A stretch of DNA of 64,000 nt from an uncultured bacterium (GTDB lineage Bacteria; Patescibacteriota; Dojkabacteria; J137), in assembly GCA_963700155.1 (NCBI GenBank), contig OY969472.1:317511-381510 (forward strand). Direction: 5' to 3'. The notes under the pieces are model-generated. The model was not told the origin of the DNA. It worked only from the letters and a program-made list of their open reading frames with translations, and did not search any database. Every line of letters starts with the position of its first letter. Within the stretch, counting starts at the first letter, position 1. Made by a program: the position numbers and the translations under genes. Positions 28,113 through 38,732 of the stretch are shown here, in pieces.

Positions 28113-28727
28113 TTAATTGTATACTAGAGTAATAACAGAAGTAGTATTCCCATTATCTACTCCATCAGAAATTCCAACAGTTAATGTTTTACTATCTTTC
28201 TGAGCTTGAATTGAATAAGTCGATAAGTAGTTAGAATCTGTTGTAATTGTCCATCCATTTGTAGCCAATTCAGATTTATAGAATTGATAAATATCTGAAG
28301 ATTTTGCATTTGCAGATAAGACCACATCTATTTCCCCGTTTGAGACGCTAGAACCTGAAACCGATGCTCCTGTATACACTGGTACATCTGAAGGGAAACC
28401 ATCCGGTAAATTTGTACCAAATGATACATTATTATCACTTGTTGAGTTATTGTCATTCGTCATATTATCACCTGATGAGTTTTGATCTTGTTGTGCATTA
28501 GATACACTATCCTGCAATTGATTTAAAATATCGTTTGCACTTCTATTTGTAAAATAATAAACTCCTGCTCCGGCTAACCCTAAACATAGACATAAAAGTA
28601 GCACAACAACAATTATAATTATTAATGCCTTATTGCCTTTCTTCTTAGGCATATTTGAATTCGTGCTCATATCAGCCGGAGCTGGCTTATTTTCAGATTG
28701 TTCCATAGTTTTTGTTTCGTCTGCCAT
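28113..28727 (-). CDS. Single-pass membrane protein; disordered N-terminus, TM, small extracytoplasmic domain; paralog 1
   Basis: 204 aa. Topology and the C-terminal domain (…YQFYKSELATNGWTIT…) resemble the adjacent gene. Confidence 0.4.
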   Translation of the reverse strand: MADETKTMEQSENKPAPADMSTNSNMPKKKGNKALIIIIVVVLLLCLCLGLAGAGVYYFTNRSANDILNQLQDSVSNAQQDQNSSGDNMTNDNNSTSDNNVSFGTNLPDGFPSDVPVYTGASVSGSSVSNGEIDVVLSANAKSSDIYQFYKSELATNGWTITTDSNYLSTYSIQAQKDSKTLTVGISDGVDNGNTTSVITLVYN

Positions 28728-28748
28728 AAATTCTTTTTTAATAAATAA

Positions 28749-29363
28749 TTATTTTTTAATAGAATAGTTTATTAATGTTGCACTTCCAGCAGGTCCAGTA
28801 CTGTCTGAAAGTCTTAATGTAATTTTAGTACTACTGTTTGTTGCTTCAATCTCATATTCTACATTAGATTCAGAATAAACATCTTTAGTAATATCCCAGC
28901 CATTATCTTTCAGTTGATTCTTATAATAATTATAAACTACAGTTAAAGAATCAGGTGTAGTAAGTTCAGCACCTAATCCATCTCCTGTACTCACAACTAC
29001 TTCAGAACCAGGATATGTTAAGAATTCTGTCGAAGGCTCTGATGGTTGCTCATTTTGCATTTCTTCAGTTGAAGTTTCATTATTATTTTCTTCATTTGTT
29101 GAATTATGCATAACATCAACTGGACTAGATACAATCGGAGTTGAAGTTGGTTGAGTTATAGTATCTTCTTGATTATTAATACTACTTTGTGGATTATAAG
29201 AAAATACTCCTAATAATAGTAATATTATAAGTAAAATGACTGCTCCAACCATAATTAAAATTAGAATAACCACTCTTTTCTTTAATTTCTTATCATTCTC
29301 ACTAGATAAATCCATTTCTTTCTTTTGTCCTTCCATTGGTTGATTTTCTGTTGAATAATTCAT
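28749..29363 (-). CDS. Single-pass membrane protein, paralog 2
   Basis: 204 aa with the same architecture; …YNYYKNQLKDNGWDIT… aligns with paralog 1. Confidence 0.4.
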   Translation of the reverse strand: MNYSTENQPMEGQKKEMDLSSENDKKLKKRVVILILIMVGAVILLIILLLLGVFSYNPQSSINNQEDTITQPTSTPIVSSPVDVMHNSTNEENNNETSTEEMQNEQPSEPSTEFLTYPGSEVVVSTGDGLGAELTTPDSLTVVYNYYKNQLKDNGWDITKDVYSESNVEYEIEATNSSTKITLRLSDSTGPAGSATLINYSIKK

Positions 29364-29492
29364 TGTTAAAAATATAACAGGTACTATAAAAATGATATCA
29401 GTTTATAAATTTACACACAACAATTTACTCTTCTACTTTTATCATTTTATGGTTAAAATAGTCTAAGTTTAGTATAAGAAATTTTAACAACT

Positions 29493-30347
29493 ATGAATAT
29501 CTTTCAGGCAATAATATTAGGGTTAATTCAAGGCATAACAGAATTTATTCCAGTTTCAAGTTCAGGACATTTGTATTTAATTCCACAAATTTTAGGATGG
29601 GCTACTCCATCTACAATATTTATTGTAGTAGTTGATTGGGGGACTTTATTAGCATTGATATATTACTATCGAGGTACTATTTTTAAATATATAAAAGTTC
29701 TTGGGAAATTTGCGGCAAATCAAGGCAAGCTTGAAATAGGGGATGACAAAAAATCAATGATGATAATTATAAATATTATTATTGCCACAATTCCTGCTGG
29801 AATTATTGGATTCTTGGCAGAAAGCTTAATAAGTAAATTCTATGATAATCCTGAAAATTTCAAGCTTGCCTCACTATTCACCACTTTAGCAATGATTCTT
29901 GTTGGAATAATATTTATTTATACAGAAAAATTCTTTTTAAATAATAAACTTGAGATAACTAACCTTTCAGTTAAAAAGGCTTTTATTATTGGTATATCGC
30001 AAGCATTTGCATTCATCAGAGGTGTTTCAAGATCAGGAATTACTTTGTTAACAGGTGAGTCAATTGGATTAAAACCTTTTGATTCAGCTGAGTTTGCTTT
30101 TCTAATGAGCATTCCGATTATTTTAGCATCTTCTATTTATGAAACTTATAAATTATTATCACTTCCGCAAACTCAGCTGAACTCAGAACTTATGGCAGCT
30201 ATTGTTGGATCATTCTTCGCATTTTTATCTGGTATTGTTGCAATCGAATTCATGCTTAAATATTTAAAAAAGCATGGTTTAAAAAATTTTGGAATTTATA
30301 GAATAATTTTTGGACTAATAGTATTAATAATTATAATCATTAAATAA
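29493..30347 (+). CDS. uppP: Undecaprenyl-diphosphatase
   Basis: MNIFQAIILGLIQGITEFIPVSSSGHL is the canonical UppP/BacA N-terminus. Confidence 0.85.
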   Translation: MNIFQAIILGLIQGITEFIPVSSSGHLYLIPQILGWATPSTIFIVVVDWGTLLALIYYYRGTIFKYIKVLGKFAANQGKLEIGDDKKSMMIIINIIIATIPAGIIGFLAESLISKFYDNPENFKLASLFTTLAMILVGIIFIYTEKFFLNNKLEITNLSVKKAFIIGISQAFAFIRGVSRSGITLLTGESIGLKPFDSAEFAFLMSIPIILASSIYETYKLLSLPQTQLNSELMAAIVGSFFAFLSGIVAIEFMLKYLKKHGLKNFGIYRIIFGLIVLIIIIIK

Positions 30348-30348
30348 A

Positions 30349-30684
30349 CTAATCTTCAGTTGTAACTGTCCTAGTGATTCGATACTTTGATGAATTAAAA
30401 CTAATAAATTCAATTAATTCTATTATCAAATAACCAACAATTGCGTATACGAGTAATGCAAAAATTGAAGAGAATTCAATTATAAATCCTCCTTCCAAGG
30501 TCGGAGCAGGAAACATTCCTAAAAATGGCCAAATTAAACCTTTAGAAGTCTCATATATCCAATTTACAAAAGGTGCTTGAGTGCTTGCTCCGAATAATTT
30601 TAATATAATTCTAAAAAGAATAAAAAGTTCTGCTATTCCCAATACAAAATCAACTAAATATATTAACGTTTTTGAAAATTTCAT
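30349..30684 (-). CDS. YggT-family small membrane protein
   Basis: 111 aa, two TM helices. The spacing ...FRIILKLF...WPFLGMFPAPTLEGGFIIEFSSIFALLV resembles YggT/Ycf19. Confidence 0.45.
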   Translation of the reverse strand: MKFSKTLIYLVDFVLGIAELFILFRIILKLFGASTQAPFVNWIYETSKGLIWPFLGMFPAPTLEGGFIIEFSSIFALLVYAIVGYLIIELIEFISFNSSKYRITRTVTTED

Positions 30685-30774
30685 ACTAATTTAGTAATAA
30701 GTAATATAGTTGTATATTATGAAGACTTTTTTAAGGCATATTAAATAAAATGTAAAACTAATGTAAAATTTTAT

Positions 30775-32064
30775 TTGCTTGTAATCCAGACAAAAGTCTT
30801 TAGAATATTCTTTATGCTAAAGATTAAGAAGGAAAACTTAAGAGATCAGCTTTATTTTTTTAGAATTGTATTCACAATTGTAGATCTTGTTACTAACTCC
30901 TTCTATTATATTCTCCTGTTTAAAGTAACAAACCAGTTCACACCATTATTTATTGATATGATTATATATTTTCTTGCCCAATGGATAGGGTTAATTATTG
31001 GAAGTGTAATAATACCAAGGTTTGGATATATTAAAATTTTTAAAGCTGGATTTTTCTTTCATACAATTGCGATGATTTTATTGATTGTGAATATTAATAA
31101 TCTAGTGTTTTTATATCCAATTTTCGCAGTATTAAGAAGCTTTCCTAGAGGACTTTATTGGGCAGTAAATAATAATTATCTTTTAAAAGAATTACCACAA
31201 AAAAGCAGGAGTATGGCAATTAGTGATATGGCTTCAATTACATACATATTACAAATTGTACTCCCAGTATTGATTGGAAGCACAGTAACCTTAGATGGTA
31301 ATTACTCTATTCTATTTATCATAGCTGGTTCAATAAGTTTCGTTAGTTTATTCTTTCCTTGGAAATATAACAAAAAGCCAAAAACTCATATAACCATTAG
31401 TGAGATAAACAATATAATACGAAATAAAAAATTTAATTCTTTTGGAACACTTTTACTTTTAGAAGCAGGATTCAATGCATGTTTTACTTTAAGTTTTGCT
31501 ATCGTTCCCTACCTTTTAATAAAAAATGAGTTTGGTGTTGGTGCTTTGTTAAGTTTAATAAATTTAATTGCAGCTATTTTTGCCTTCATGGAAAGAAGTA
31601 AAAAAGCCGAGAAAGTCAAAATAATATCTTATTTCGGGACATTTATAAGCGGAATTTCGAATATAATTTTTGTCTTAATTTGGAGCTTTCCAGCTTTAAT
31701 TTTTAGGAGTATATTTTCAACTCTAGGAGACTCGCTCTATACACCTTTTATAGATAAGCTTGACTTAAATATTAGAGATAAAATATTAGGAAATAATATT
31801 AATCAATCATCATCTGAAATGATAATAGTAGTTGAAACAATTTTCACAGTAGGAAGAGTACTTTTTTTACTTTTATTCTTATTTCTTTTAGTAATAATAA
31901 ATGATAATGAAAGCATCTTTAAAATTATTATCGCAATAAATGGTTTTTGGGTAATCTATTTATTAAGTAGTTTTATGAAGTTAGATAATTCAAAAAGAAA
32001 AACTATTAACCTACAAGAAAATATAACCTCAGAAAACAGTAATCCAAATTCAGTACAAGTTTAA
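30775..32064 (+). CDS. Polytopic membrane transporter, MFS-like
   Basis: 429 aa with about 12 predicted TM helices. The MFS assignment is tentative. Confidence 0.4.
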   Translation: MLVIQTKVFRIFFMLKIKKENLRDQLYFFRIVFTIVDLVTNSFYYILLFKVTNQFTPLFIDMIIYFLAQWIGLIIGSVIIPRFGYIKIFKAGFFFHTIAMILLIVNINNLVFLYPIFAVLRSFPRGLYWAVNNNYLLKELPQKSRSMAISDMASITYILQIVLPVLIGSTVTLDGNYSILFIIAGSISFVSLFFPWKYNKKPKTHITISEINNIIRNKKFNSFGTLLLLEAGFNACFTLSFAIVPYLLIKNEFGVGALLSLINLIAAIFAFMERSKKAEKVKIISYFGTFISGISNIIFVLIWSFPALIFRSIFSTLGDSLYTPFIDKLDLNIRDKILGNNINQSSSEMIIVVETIFTVGRVLFLLLFLFLLVIINDNESIFKIIIAINGFWVIYLLSSFMKLDNSKRKTINLQENITSENSNPNSVQV

Positions 32065-32582
32065 GCAGCTTTTTTTGTTTTTGTTACAAACTTTACAATT
32101 TTATAAGAGACCTTTCTAGTAGGCAAAACAACTTCAACTACTTCACCAATTCTTGCATTATTAACAGCTTTTCCAATAGGTGAATCTGTAGAAATTTTAC
32201 CCTCCATTGGGTTTGCTGATCTAGTTTCTTCTGATCCTACTAAAGTTATGACCTTAGATTGTTTTGTCTCAAGATTAGAAATCTCTACTGTTTCTCCAAC
32301 AGAAACTATATCATCACTTTTATTTACTTCTACGATTTTAGCTAGTTTAAGAATATCTTCAATTTCACTTATCCTATTCTCATTCAAATCCTTCTTTTCC
32401 ATTGCAACTTGATATGCATGGTTTTCAGATAGATCTCCTAAATCTCTTGCAACAGCAATTTCATCAGCAATCTCTTTTCTAAGAGTATTTTGTCTATTAT
32501 CAAGCTCTTTTACTAACTCATCATATGCTGATTGAGTCATTTTTATCTCATTTTCGTTATTGTTTTTTCTTGGTCTTGCCAT
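32061..32582 (-). CDS. greA: Transcription elongation factor GreA
   Basis: ...LGDLSENHAYQVAMEKKDLNENRISEIEDILKLAKIVE... plus the C-terminal FKBP-like ...ISTDSPIGKAV.... Confidence 0.85.
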   Translation of the reverse strand: MARPRKNNNENEIKMTQSAYDELVKELDNRQNTLRKEIADEIAVARDLGDLSENHAYQVAMEKKDLNENRISEIEDILKLAKIVEVNKSDDIVSVGETVEISNLETKQSKVITLVGSEETRSANPMEGKISTDSPIGKAVNNARIGEVVEVVLPTRKVSYKIVKFVTKTKKAA

Positions 32583-32747
32583 ATTTTAATATTTTATTTC
32601 TATATAAAAAAAACTTCCCTTAATTCAAAATTGAACTATGGGAATGTATTATACACTAAAAGTGAAATATTTCGAACAGATCTTCTTAACGTTTTTACAA
32701 TCACTGTATTATGGCACAAGTTTATTAATATTAAAAGAGGAACTTGA

Positions 32748-35700
32748 TTACTGCTTCTTTATTGAAAGATTAACTGAAAAATCTGGATTAATAGTTTGGT
32801 TGTATACTAAGCTGTCATTTTGTTTGGAACCAACTGGTTCAAAACTTGTTAATATTAAATCAGGTTCAAAAACAATCTTTTGATCTAAATTTGTATCTGC
32901 ACCTCTAATACTCATAGAATTAAGAGTAGCATTATAATTGCCATCCGAATTACTTTTTAATTTTGGATTTACAGCCCAGTCAAATTCAACAGATTTTTCA
33001 TCAAGAATTTGTGCAACAGCACAAGTCTCATCCGAATATTCATTAATACTTACTTTATATGATTCTATTCCCTTTACTGTAACCTTATCTTTTTTTACTG
33101 ATGAAGGTAGACAAATCGAGAGTCTTTGTGCTGAACCAAATACGGGAACTTGTACCACAGTCTTATAAGTTAGACCTAAGTTAGAATCGATTCTTATTTC
33201 ATCAGACACATTAAAATTTAAATATCTATCTAAAGATACCATTGTAGGATCTTCAAGATTATATCCAAGTGAATAAAATGAATTTGCCTTTGAACTTTTT
33301 ATTCCATTTAAACTATTTGATTTAACAAATGACTCATATTCAAGATCGGAACTATTAAATAGAATGCCTTGAGTAAGGGCTGAATTATGAAATGAAGTTA
33401 TTATTTGAGGAAACAATCCTGAAATATTATTGAACATTAAGTTTATTGTTTGAGCCATTATATGCGCAGAAATTTCATGTTTAGCTGATAATGTTGAATT
33501 ACCAATCTGTGATTTACCTAACTGGCTCAAAAAGTTATCTTTTTCATAATTCAGCCCTTCTACACTCACATCATTTCCATTGTTTTTAAGTATATCCAAA
33601 AGTTCTGAAAAACTCTGATAATTTATTGATAATACTCCCGAAATCTTTTGATCAAATGTATCATTAAATATTTTAGAAATACTATTTGAAAATACAGAAT
33701 AATCTGAAATATTCTCAAGATTTGAATATGAAATATGATCTTTAGATACTGCTGTTAGAGATCTTTTATTAATCTCATCTAAAGTATTCTGATCAATGCT
33801 TTTATAATCAAACTTTACAGAATCTGGAGATTGTAATGTAGTTTTAGTTATTGCTCCATTATCTAATGTTACTAATAAAAATGCAGCAGTCTCACCACCG
33901 ATTGGTTTTATCCTTGTACTATCCTGTAATAATATTAAGTATGTTTTTTTAGAATTAAGGCCTAATATTTCAGGCAGGTATTTTACAGATTCCAATGACT
34001 GCACTCCAGTTTCGTATTGCTTTAGTTTTAAATTCATATTAACCAAACCACTTACAAGAAATCCTGGTAGAACAGACATATCTACTTTTTGAGCTTGACC
34101 AAGCCCTTTCTGATATTTTTCAATTCCGGTAGTTAAATAAGGTTGTCTATTTACTAATTCCTCAAGATAATTTTGATAATTGGTGTTCGAAGTGCTCGTT
34201 GAAAGATATCCATCTGTTCCCGACCTAACCTGAGTATTATTTTGAAAATTATTAAGATAATCATAAAAAGGCTCAAGTGAATATTGTATGTTGCTTAAAC
34301 CCTCAGCTGTTACTTGATAAGCATTAATCATATTTTTAAACTGAGAAAATTCATTATTTAAACCTAAAATTGAAGCTTCGGAATTAAAACTCTCTAGGTT
34401 TTCTTGGATATCTTTCAACGAGCTACTTAAAGTATCTGCATGCAGGTTTCCAGTACTATAATTACTTGAATCTATCGAATTAAATGTATTATTGTAAAAA
34501 GGTAGTATTGAAATTAAATCTCGTCCTATTAAAACTGAAGGTGAGAATACTCCAAAAAAGAATAAGAAAAATATTACAAATAAAAATAATAAAGTAACTA
34601 TTTGCCCCGGTGACTTATTTTTAAATAGTGTAAAAGTATTCCCAAAGTCTGTAGAAAAATTCCATATTTTATTTGAAATTTTTTCTTTTAAAGTCTTATT
34701 GTGAGATATTTTTTTTGATTGAACATTATTATTTGCATTAGTAATACTTTGCATTTTAAGTTCTTCCTGTTTTTTTCTCTCCGCAATTAATCTTGAAATA
34801 GGTCCACCATATTGATCTTTTTTAGATTCTTCTTTATCTGCCAAAGACATAAAACTTTTTAGTTTATCAATAACATTATCTTGAGAAGGGTTGACTTTAT
34901 TAGTTTGAGTTTCCAAAAGATAGATTTTTGCAGCCGCAACTGATTGAGTTATTGCTTTATCAATCGGAATTTTTGGAGTCCAACCTATTGCTGAAAGATT
35001 AGGTGCTGGTTTGTAAAGCCTAATTTCAGGAAGATTATCATCTTCATCAACAAATTGTATCTCCTTTGCATCTGCTTCAAGTTCTTGAACCTTATATGCA
35101 ATCGATAAATGTGTAAAAGGATTAGGATAAGCTATTGAAAAAATCTCTCCTTTTGTATTTGCTGAAAATTGAGCTTTAATTATTCCATAAGCAGCATCCA
35201 TTAAATGTACAAGCCACTCTGATTCTAGTCCATCTTTTGATAATTTTAGAGGCTGTTTTTCTACGACTCTAATCATCAGATCAGTGAAGAAAGTCTTTGT
35301 TGAGAAATCTAAACCTTCACCTATAATTTCACCTAATCGTACAATTCTTGCATCAAGGTTTGTTTTTTCTGAATATTCCATAACAAGACTTTCTGCATAT
35401 CTTTGTACTTCCATTTCAGTATAAACAGTATGTCTTTCTTTTGAATCAACACCGTATTTAGCACTTAAATCATCGTAAGATAGACTTAATTGATGTGCTC
35501 TAATAGCTGTAGTTAATAGAAATTTAGACCCAAATTTATTTGCTAAATTTAAAGTATTATCAAGATAGTTAGAAAACTTTAGGAAATTCTGAGTAGATAT
35601 TTTTGACATATAATCTAATGACTCATGATCAAAATAGAAAATATAGTCTAGTCTTCTTAATTCTTCATCAAGTTCAGCTAAGGTTGTGTAATCTATAAAA

Positions 35701-35894
35701 CTTACTAATGATCCTTTTGGAAAAATATTTAACTTTGCAATATTCTCATCAGAATAATTATCAACAATAATCACATATCCTCCTTGTTCAATTAAAGAAT
35801 CAACAATTTCTAATCCAAGTCTAGAAAGTCCTCCAACTATCAAAGAAGTTGGATATTTTATTGTATTCTTTAATCTGTATTGTTCCTGAATCAT
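32748..35894 (-). CDS. Fusion protein: N-terminal cytoplasmic NAD(P)-binding epimerase/dehydratase-like Rossmann domain, one TM helix, and a large extracytoplasmic DUF4012-like domain
   Basis: 1048 aa. SLIVGGLSRLGLEIVDSLIEQGGYVIIVDN is a Rossmann fold; a TM helix lies around aa 440-465. The ectodomain motif YLILLQDSTRIKPIGGETAAFLLVTLDNGAI is shared with the 740-aa protein at 47462..49684. I recall this motif as the DUF4012 hallmark but cannot verify it here. Confidence 0.5.
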   Translation of the reverse strand: MIQEQYRLKNTIKYPTSLIVGGLSRLGLEIVDSLIEQGGYVIIVDNYSDENIAKLNIFPKGSLVSFIDYTTLAELDEELRRLDYIFYFDHESLDYMSKISTQNFLKFSNYLDNTLNLANKFGSKFLLTTAIRAHQLSLSYDDLSAKYGVDSKERHTVYTEMEVQRYAESLVMEYSEKTNLDARIVRLGEIIGEGLDFSTKTFFTDLMIRVVEKQPLKLSKDGLESEWLVHLMDAAYGIIKAQFSANTKGEIFSIAYPNPFTHLSIAYKVQELEADAKEIQFVDEDDNLPEIRLYKPAPNLSAIGWTPKIPIDKAITQSVAAAKIYLLETQTNKVNPSQDNVIDKLKSFMSLADKEESKKDQYGGPISRLIAERKKQEELKMQSITNANNNVQSKKISHNKTLKEKISNKIWNFSTDFGNTFTLFKNKSPGQIVTLLFLFVIFFLFFFGVFSPSVLIGRDLISILPFYNNTFNSIDSSNYSTGNLHADTLSSSLKDIQENLESFNSEASILGLNNEFSQFKNMINAYQVTAEGLSNIQYSLEPFYDYLNNFQNNTQVRSGTDGYLSTSTSNTNYQNYLEELVNRQPYLTTGIEKYQKGLGQAQKVDMSVLPGFLVSGLVNMNLKLKQYETGVQSLESVKYLPEILGLNSKKTYLILLQDSTRIKPIGGETAAFLLVTLDNGAITKTTLQSPDSVKFDYKSIDQNTLDEINKRSLTAVSKDHISYSNLENISDYSVFSNSISKIFNDTFDQKISGVLSINYQSFSELLDILKNNGNDVSVEGLNYEKDNFLSQLGKSQIGNSTLSAKHEISAHIMAQTINLMFNNISGLFPQIITSFHNSALTQGILFNSSDLEYESFVKSNSLNGIKSSKANSFYSLGYNLEDPTMVSLDRYLNFNVSDEIRIDSNLGLTYKTVVQVPVFGSAQRLSICLPSSVKKDKVTVKGIESYKVSINEYSDETCAVAQILDEKSVEFDWAVNPKLKSNSDGNYNATLNSMSIRGADTNLDQKIVFEPDLILTSFEPVGSKQNDSLVYNQTINPDFSVNLSIKKQ

Positions 35895-36574
35895 TTTGTC
35901 TGAATTTGTACTGGTTGCAACATTAAAGCTGCATCAATATTTAAATTTAGCCCCAATAATTTATCTCTATCACTTTGTTCCGAAGGTAAGATCGTAAATT
36001 CTAAATCATCATACCCTTTTTTAGAGATTATTATCGTGTGTTGACTATCCAATTTAAGATTAGCCGATACTGAATTACCCGAAATTTTAATATCAGAATC
36101 AGAATCTATTTTTAAAGTTGCATCCTGTACATTTGAAAGAACATTTAAAGTAGTTTCGTTATTATTTTCTCCTGTTCCAGCAGAAGCATAAATAATATGA
36201 CCCTCGCTAAATTCTTCTTCTGGTCCAAGATTATACGATGCAACAACAACTGTACCTTTGTAAAAATCTATAAGTTTATTTAAATCCCAATATGCACCTA
36301 CAACAGATGTTTCTTTTTTTAAAGTAATTAAGTGTTCCCCCGGGGTTACATCATCTTTAATATAAGGATCATTTCCTTCATTCACTGTACCAATTTTTTC
36401 ATTATCAAGATAAATATCTAATTTCCCACTCAAAGAATAAACTTGTAAACCTGATATATTTTCAGATTGTTTGATTCCAAATATAGATTGTATGTCTATT
36501 TTAGTCCAAGGAGACCATAGAGCTAAAAGTACACAAAGCACCAGCAGTATTACAAATATAACTATTCGTTTCAT
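35891..36574 (-). CDS. Membrane-anchored PEGA-domain protein
   Basis: 227 aa; N-terminal TM. ...LDIYLDNEKIGTVN...VTPGEHLITLKK and ...SQHTIIISKKGYDDLEF are PEGA-like. It overlaps the next gene by 4 bp. Confidence 0.45.
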   Translation of the reverse strand: MKRIVIFVILLVLCVLLALWSPWTKIDIQSIFGIKQSENISGLQVYSLSGKLDIYLDNEKIGTVNEGNDPYIKDDVTPGEHLITLKKETSVVGAYWDLNKLIDFYKGTVVVASYNLGPEEEFSEGHIIYASAGTGENNNETTLNVLSNVQDATLKIDSDSDIKISGNSVSANLKLDSQHTIIISKKGYDDLEFTILPSEQSDRDKLLGLNLNIDAALMLQPVQIQTK

Positions 36575-36726
36575 TAATAGAATTTAAATATGTTGTACAA
36601 GATATTATTCTTTTTCTATTCTACATTAACTATGTTTAAGTTGAAAGATTTAAATAGATATTATGTTCCCTTGCCTGTTTAGATGATTTCTCATATAATC
36701 CACACATAAATATTATCTTTTTACTT

Positions 36727-37065
36727 ATGGGGTTTTCTGATGATGATCCTAAAATTTTTGATATAGATGCGCAAATTCAGACTACGTTTGAAAGTCTAAC
36801 AGATTTACAAAAAGCGAATTTGATATTTTATAGTAAATATTCTCTAGAAATAAATATGGCTCAAGAAAGAGCAATTTCATCACAAGAACTTCAAGAAGTT
36901 AAAGTTGAAATTGAAGGATTCAATGCCTATTGGTATCTAATTATTTACCCTGATGGGAATATTACACTTTCATCAAAACCTTTATCTATACTTTCAGGGG
37001 AGAAAAAAGAATTAACGGAAAAAGAATTCTTTAAACTTAAAGGAACAAAAATTGAAGAAAGTTAA
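36727..37065 (+). CDS. Hypothetical protein
   Basis: 112-aa ORF with no motif recognised. Confidence 0.3.
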   Translation: MGFSDDDPKIFDIDAQIQTTFESLTDLQKANLIFYSKYSLEINMAQERAISSQELQEVKVEIEGFNAYWYLIIYPDGNITLSSKPLSILSGEKKELTEKEFFKLKGTKIEES

Positions 37066-37097
37066 TTAATTAATAAATTATTTTTTTAATATTAAAA

Positions 37098-37340
37098 ATG
37101 AGCAAAAATAATATTGCAAAAGAAACTTTTCAAAAAGTTGAATTGCCTAAAACTTATCTTAATTTAAGTGAAATTATTGATATGCTTACTGTAAAAGCTT
37201 CTAAAAAAAAATTTACTGCTTATGCTGTAATTCCAGGCGTTGAATATTTTGATAAACCTGTATCTAACTTTAGATATGTATTAGTAAACTCAAAAGGAGA
37301 AGTTACATACACAACTATGCCTCCTCAGATTGAAAGTTAA
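37098..37340 (+). CDS. Hypothetical protein
   Basis: 80-aa ORF. Confidence 0.25.
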   Translation: MSKNNIAKETFQKVELPKTYLNLSEIIDMLTVKASKKKFTAYAVIPGVEYFDKPVSNFRYVLVNSKGEVTYTTMPPQIES

Positions 37341-37428
37341 AAAATAGCTTATTCGTGGAATTCATTAACTGTATTTACGTTTAGACATTTACTGAGTTAT
37401 AATTATTTATATATTTTAAAATATACAT

Positions 37429-38151
37429 ATGAAGCAAAATAATTTTCCAGAAAATGACTGGAGACCCTCTGCTGAAGACTTGAAAAAGCTCGAGAGGATA
37501 CTAGCATCTAGAACAACTTTAAAACTGGATGAAATTTTAGCTAAACAAAAACCAACAAATGAAGAAAAAATAGAAGCCGCAAAAGTAAGGGCTAGAACCA
37601 AAGGACCACAAATAGTTATATTAGATACTAGTAAGTTGGATCTAAGTGATAATATTATACCTTACCAAGCTGCAATTGTCTTAAGTAATGGAATTGTATT
37701 GAGTTACACAAGGTTAGAAGATGCCCTAGTTGCGTTTCACTCACCTGATGAATATCCAAAGAAATTAATAAAAGAAAAACAAATTAATGAGATTCCATTC
37801 AATTCTTATACTAAAAATCCTATTGAAGGTGACAATACACTAGGAGCTGCACTTCTTGAGAGTATTCAAAAGCAGCTTGCAGATCAAGATACAAGAACTT
37901 TAGATTCCGCAATCGAAAAAGCGAGATCAAGTGGACAAAGTCAATTAGTAAAGCTAAACCCAATTGTCACTAGTTTAAATGATCAGAATAACGAATATCG
38001 TTACGTCTGGGTTGACAGAGAAGGACATCAAGAACCATTTTCTTTATTAGAATCTCCTAGTTATAAAAATGAATTCAAAGAAATTATTAAAAAGGAAAAA
38101 CCTATATTAGGAAAAGAAGAATCCTACAATTTTTCTGATTTGGAAGGATAA
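37429..38151 (+). CDS. Hypothetical cytoplasmic protein
   Basis: 240-aa ORF with no motif recognised. Confidence 0.3.
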   Translation: MKQNNFPENDWRPSAEDLKKLERILASRTTLKLDEILAKQKPTNEEKIEAAKVRARTKGPQIVILDTSKLDLSDNIIPYQAAIVLSNGIVLSYTRLEDALVAFHSPDEYPKKLIKEKQINEIPFNSYTKNPIEGDNTLGAALLESIQKQLADQDTRTLDSAIEKARSSGQSQLVKLNPIVTSLNDQNNEYRYVWVDREGHQEPFSLLESPSYKNEFKEIIKKEKPILGKEESYNFSDLEG

Positions 38152-38159
38152 GACATTTA

Positions 38160-38732
38160 TTATTCTGCCCAAGATTTTAAGATATCGATTTGAGATTTTG
38201 TTCCTTCTGGAGTTCTTAATTCTGGAGTTTCCATAATAAAATCTAGGTTTTTTAATTTTGGATGATTTAAGAACGCTTTCATAGCAGTCTCACCTATTTT
38301 TGCATCAGCAGAACCAAGATTTTCATGTCTATCCTTGTGAGAAGCTAAATCAGTTTTTGAATCATTAAAATGAACTGCTGTAATTTTATCTATCCCTAAA
38401 TATTTTTCGATTTGTTCTACTACTCCATCCAAATCATTAATTAAATCATACCCACTGGCAAACATGTGCTGAGTATCTAAACAGAAACCGATGTGCGGCT
38501 GGAATTCAGGTTTTACACCTTCGTAGATTTTGGCTAATTCTTCGAATCGATCCCCAACAATGCTACCGCTTCCAGCCGCACATTCCAGAAGCAGTTTTCT
38601 TCCTTTAGTATCGGTATTTAGATTCCCAAAAATCCAGTTTAAGCCATAACTTACTCTATCATATGCTTTCTGCTCATCAGCTTCAGTGTATTCCTTAAAG
38701 CTTCCTGTATGGAATACAACTCCATCAGCCAT
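38160..38732 (-). CDS. nfo: Endonuclease IV (AP endonuclease family 2), C-terminal fragment
   Basis: ...VVFHTGSF...IGFCLDTQHMFASGYDL...VHFNDSKTDLASHKDRHENLG...FIMETP matches Endo IV (HPGSH / CIDTCHAFAAGYDL / HLNDAK...DRHH.LG / ILET). Confidence 0.7.
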   Translation of the reverse strand: MADGVVFHTGSFKEYTEADEQKAYDRVSYGLNWIFGNLNTDTKGRKLLLECAAGSGSIVGDRFEELAKIYEGVKPEFQPHIGFCLDTQHMFASGYDLINDLDGVVEQIEKYLGIDKITAVHFNDSKTDLASHKDRHENLGSADAKIGETAMKAFLNHPKLKNLDFIMETPELRTPEGTKSQIDILKSWAE

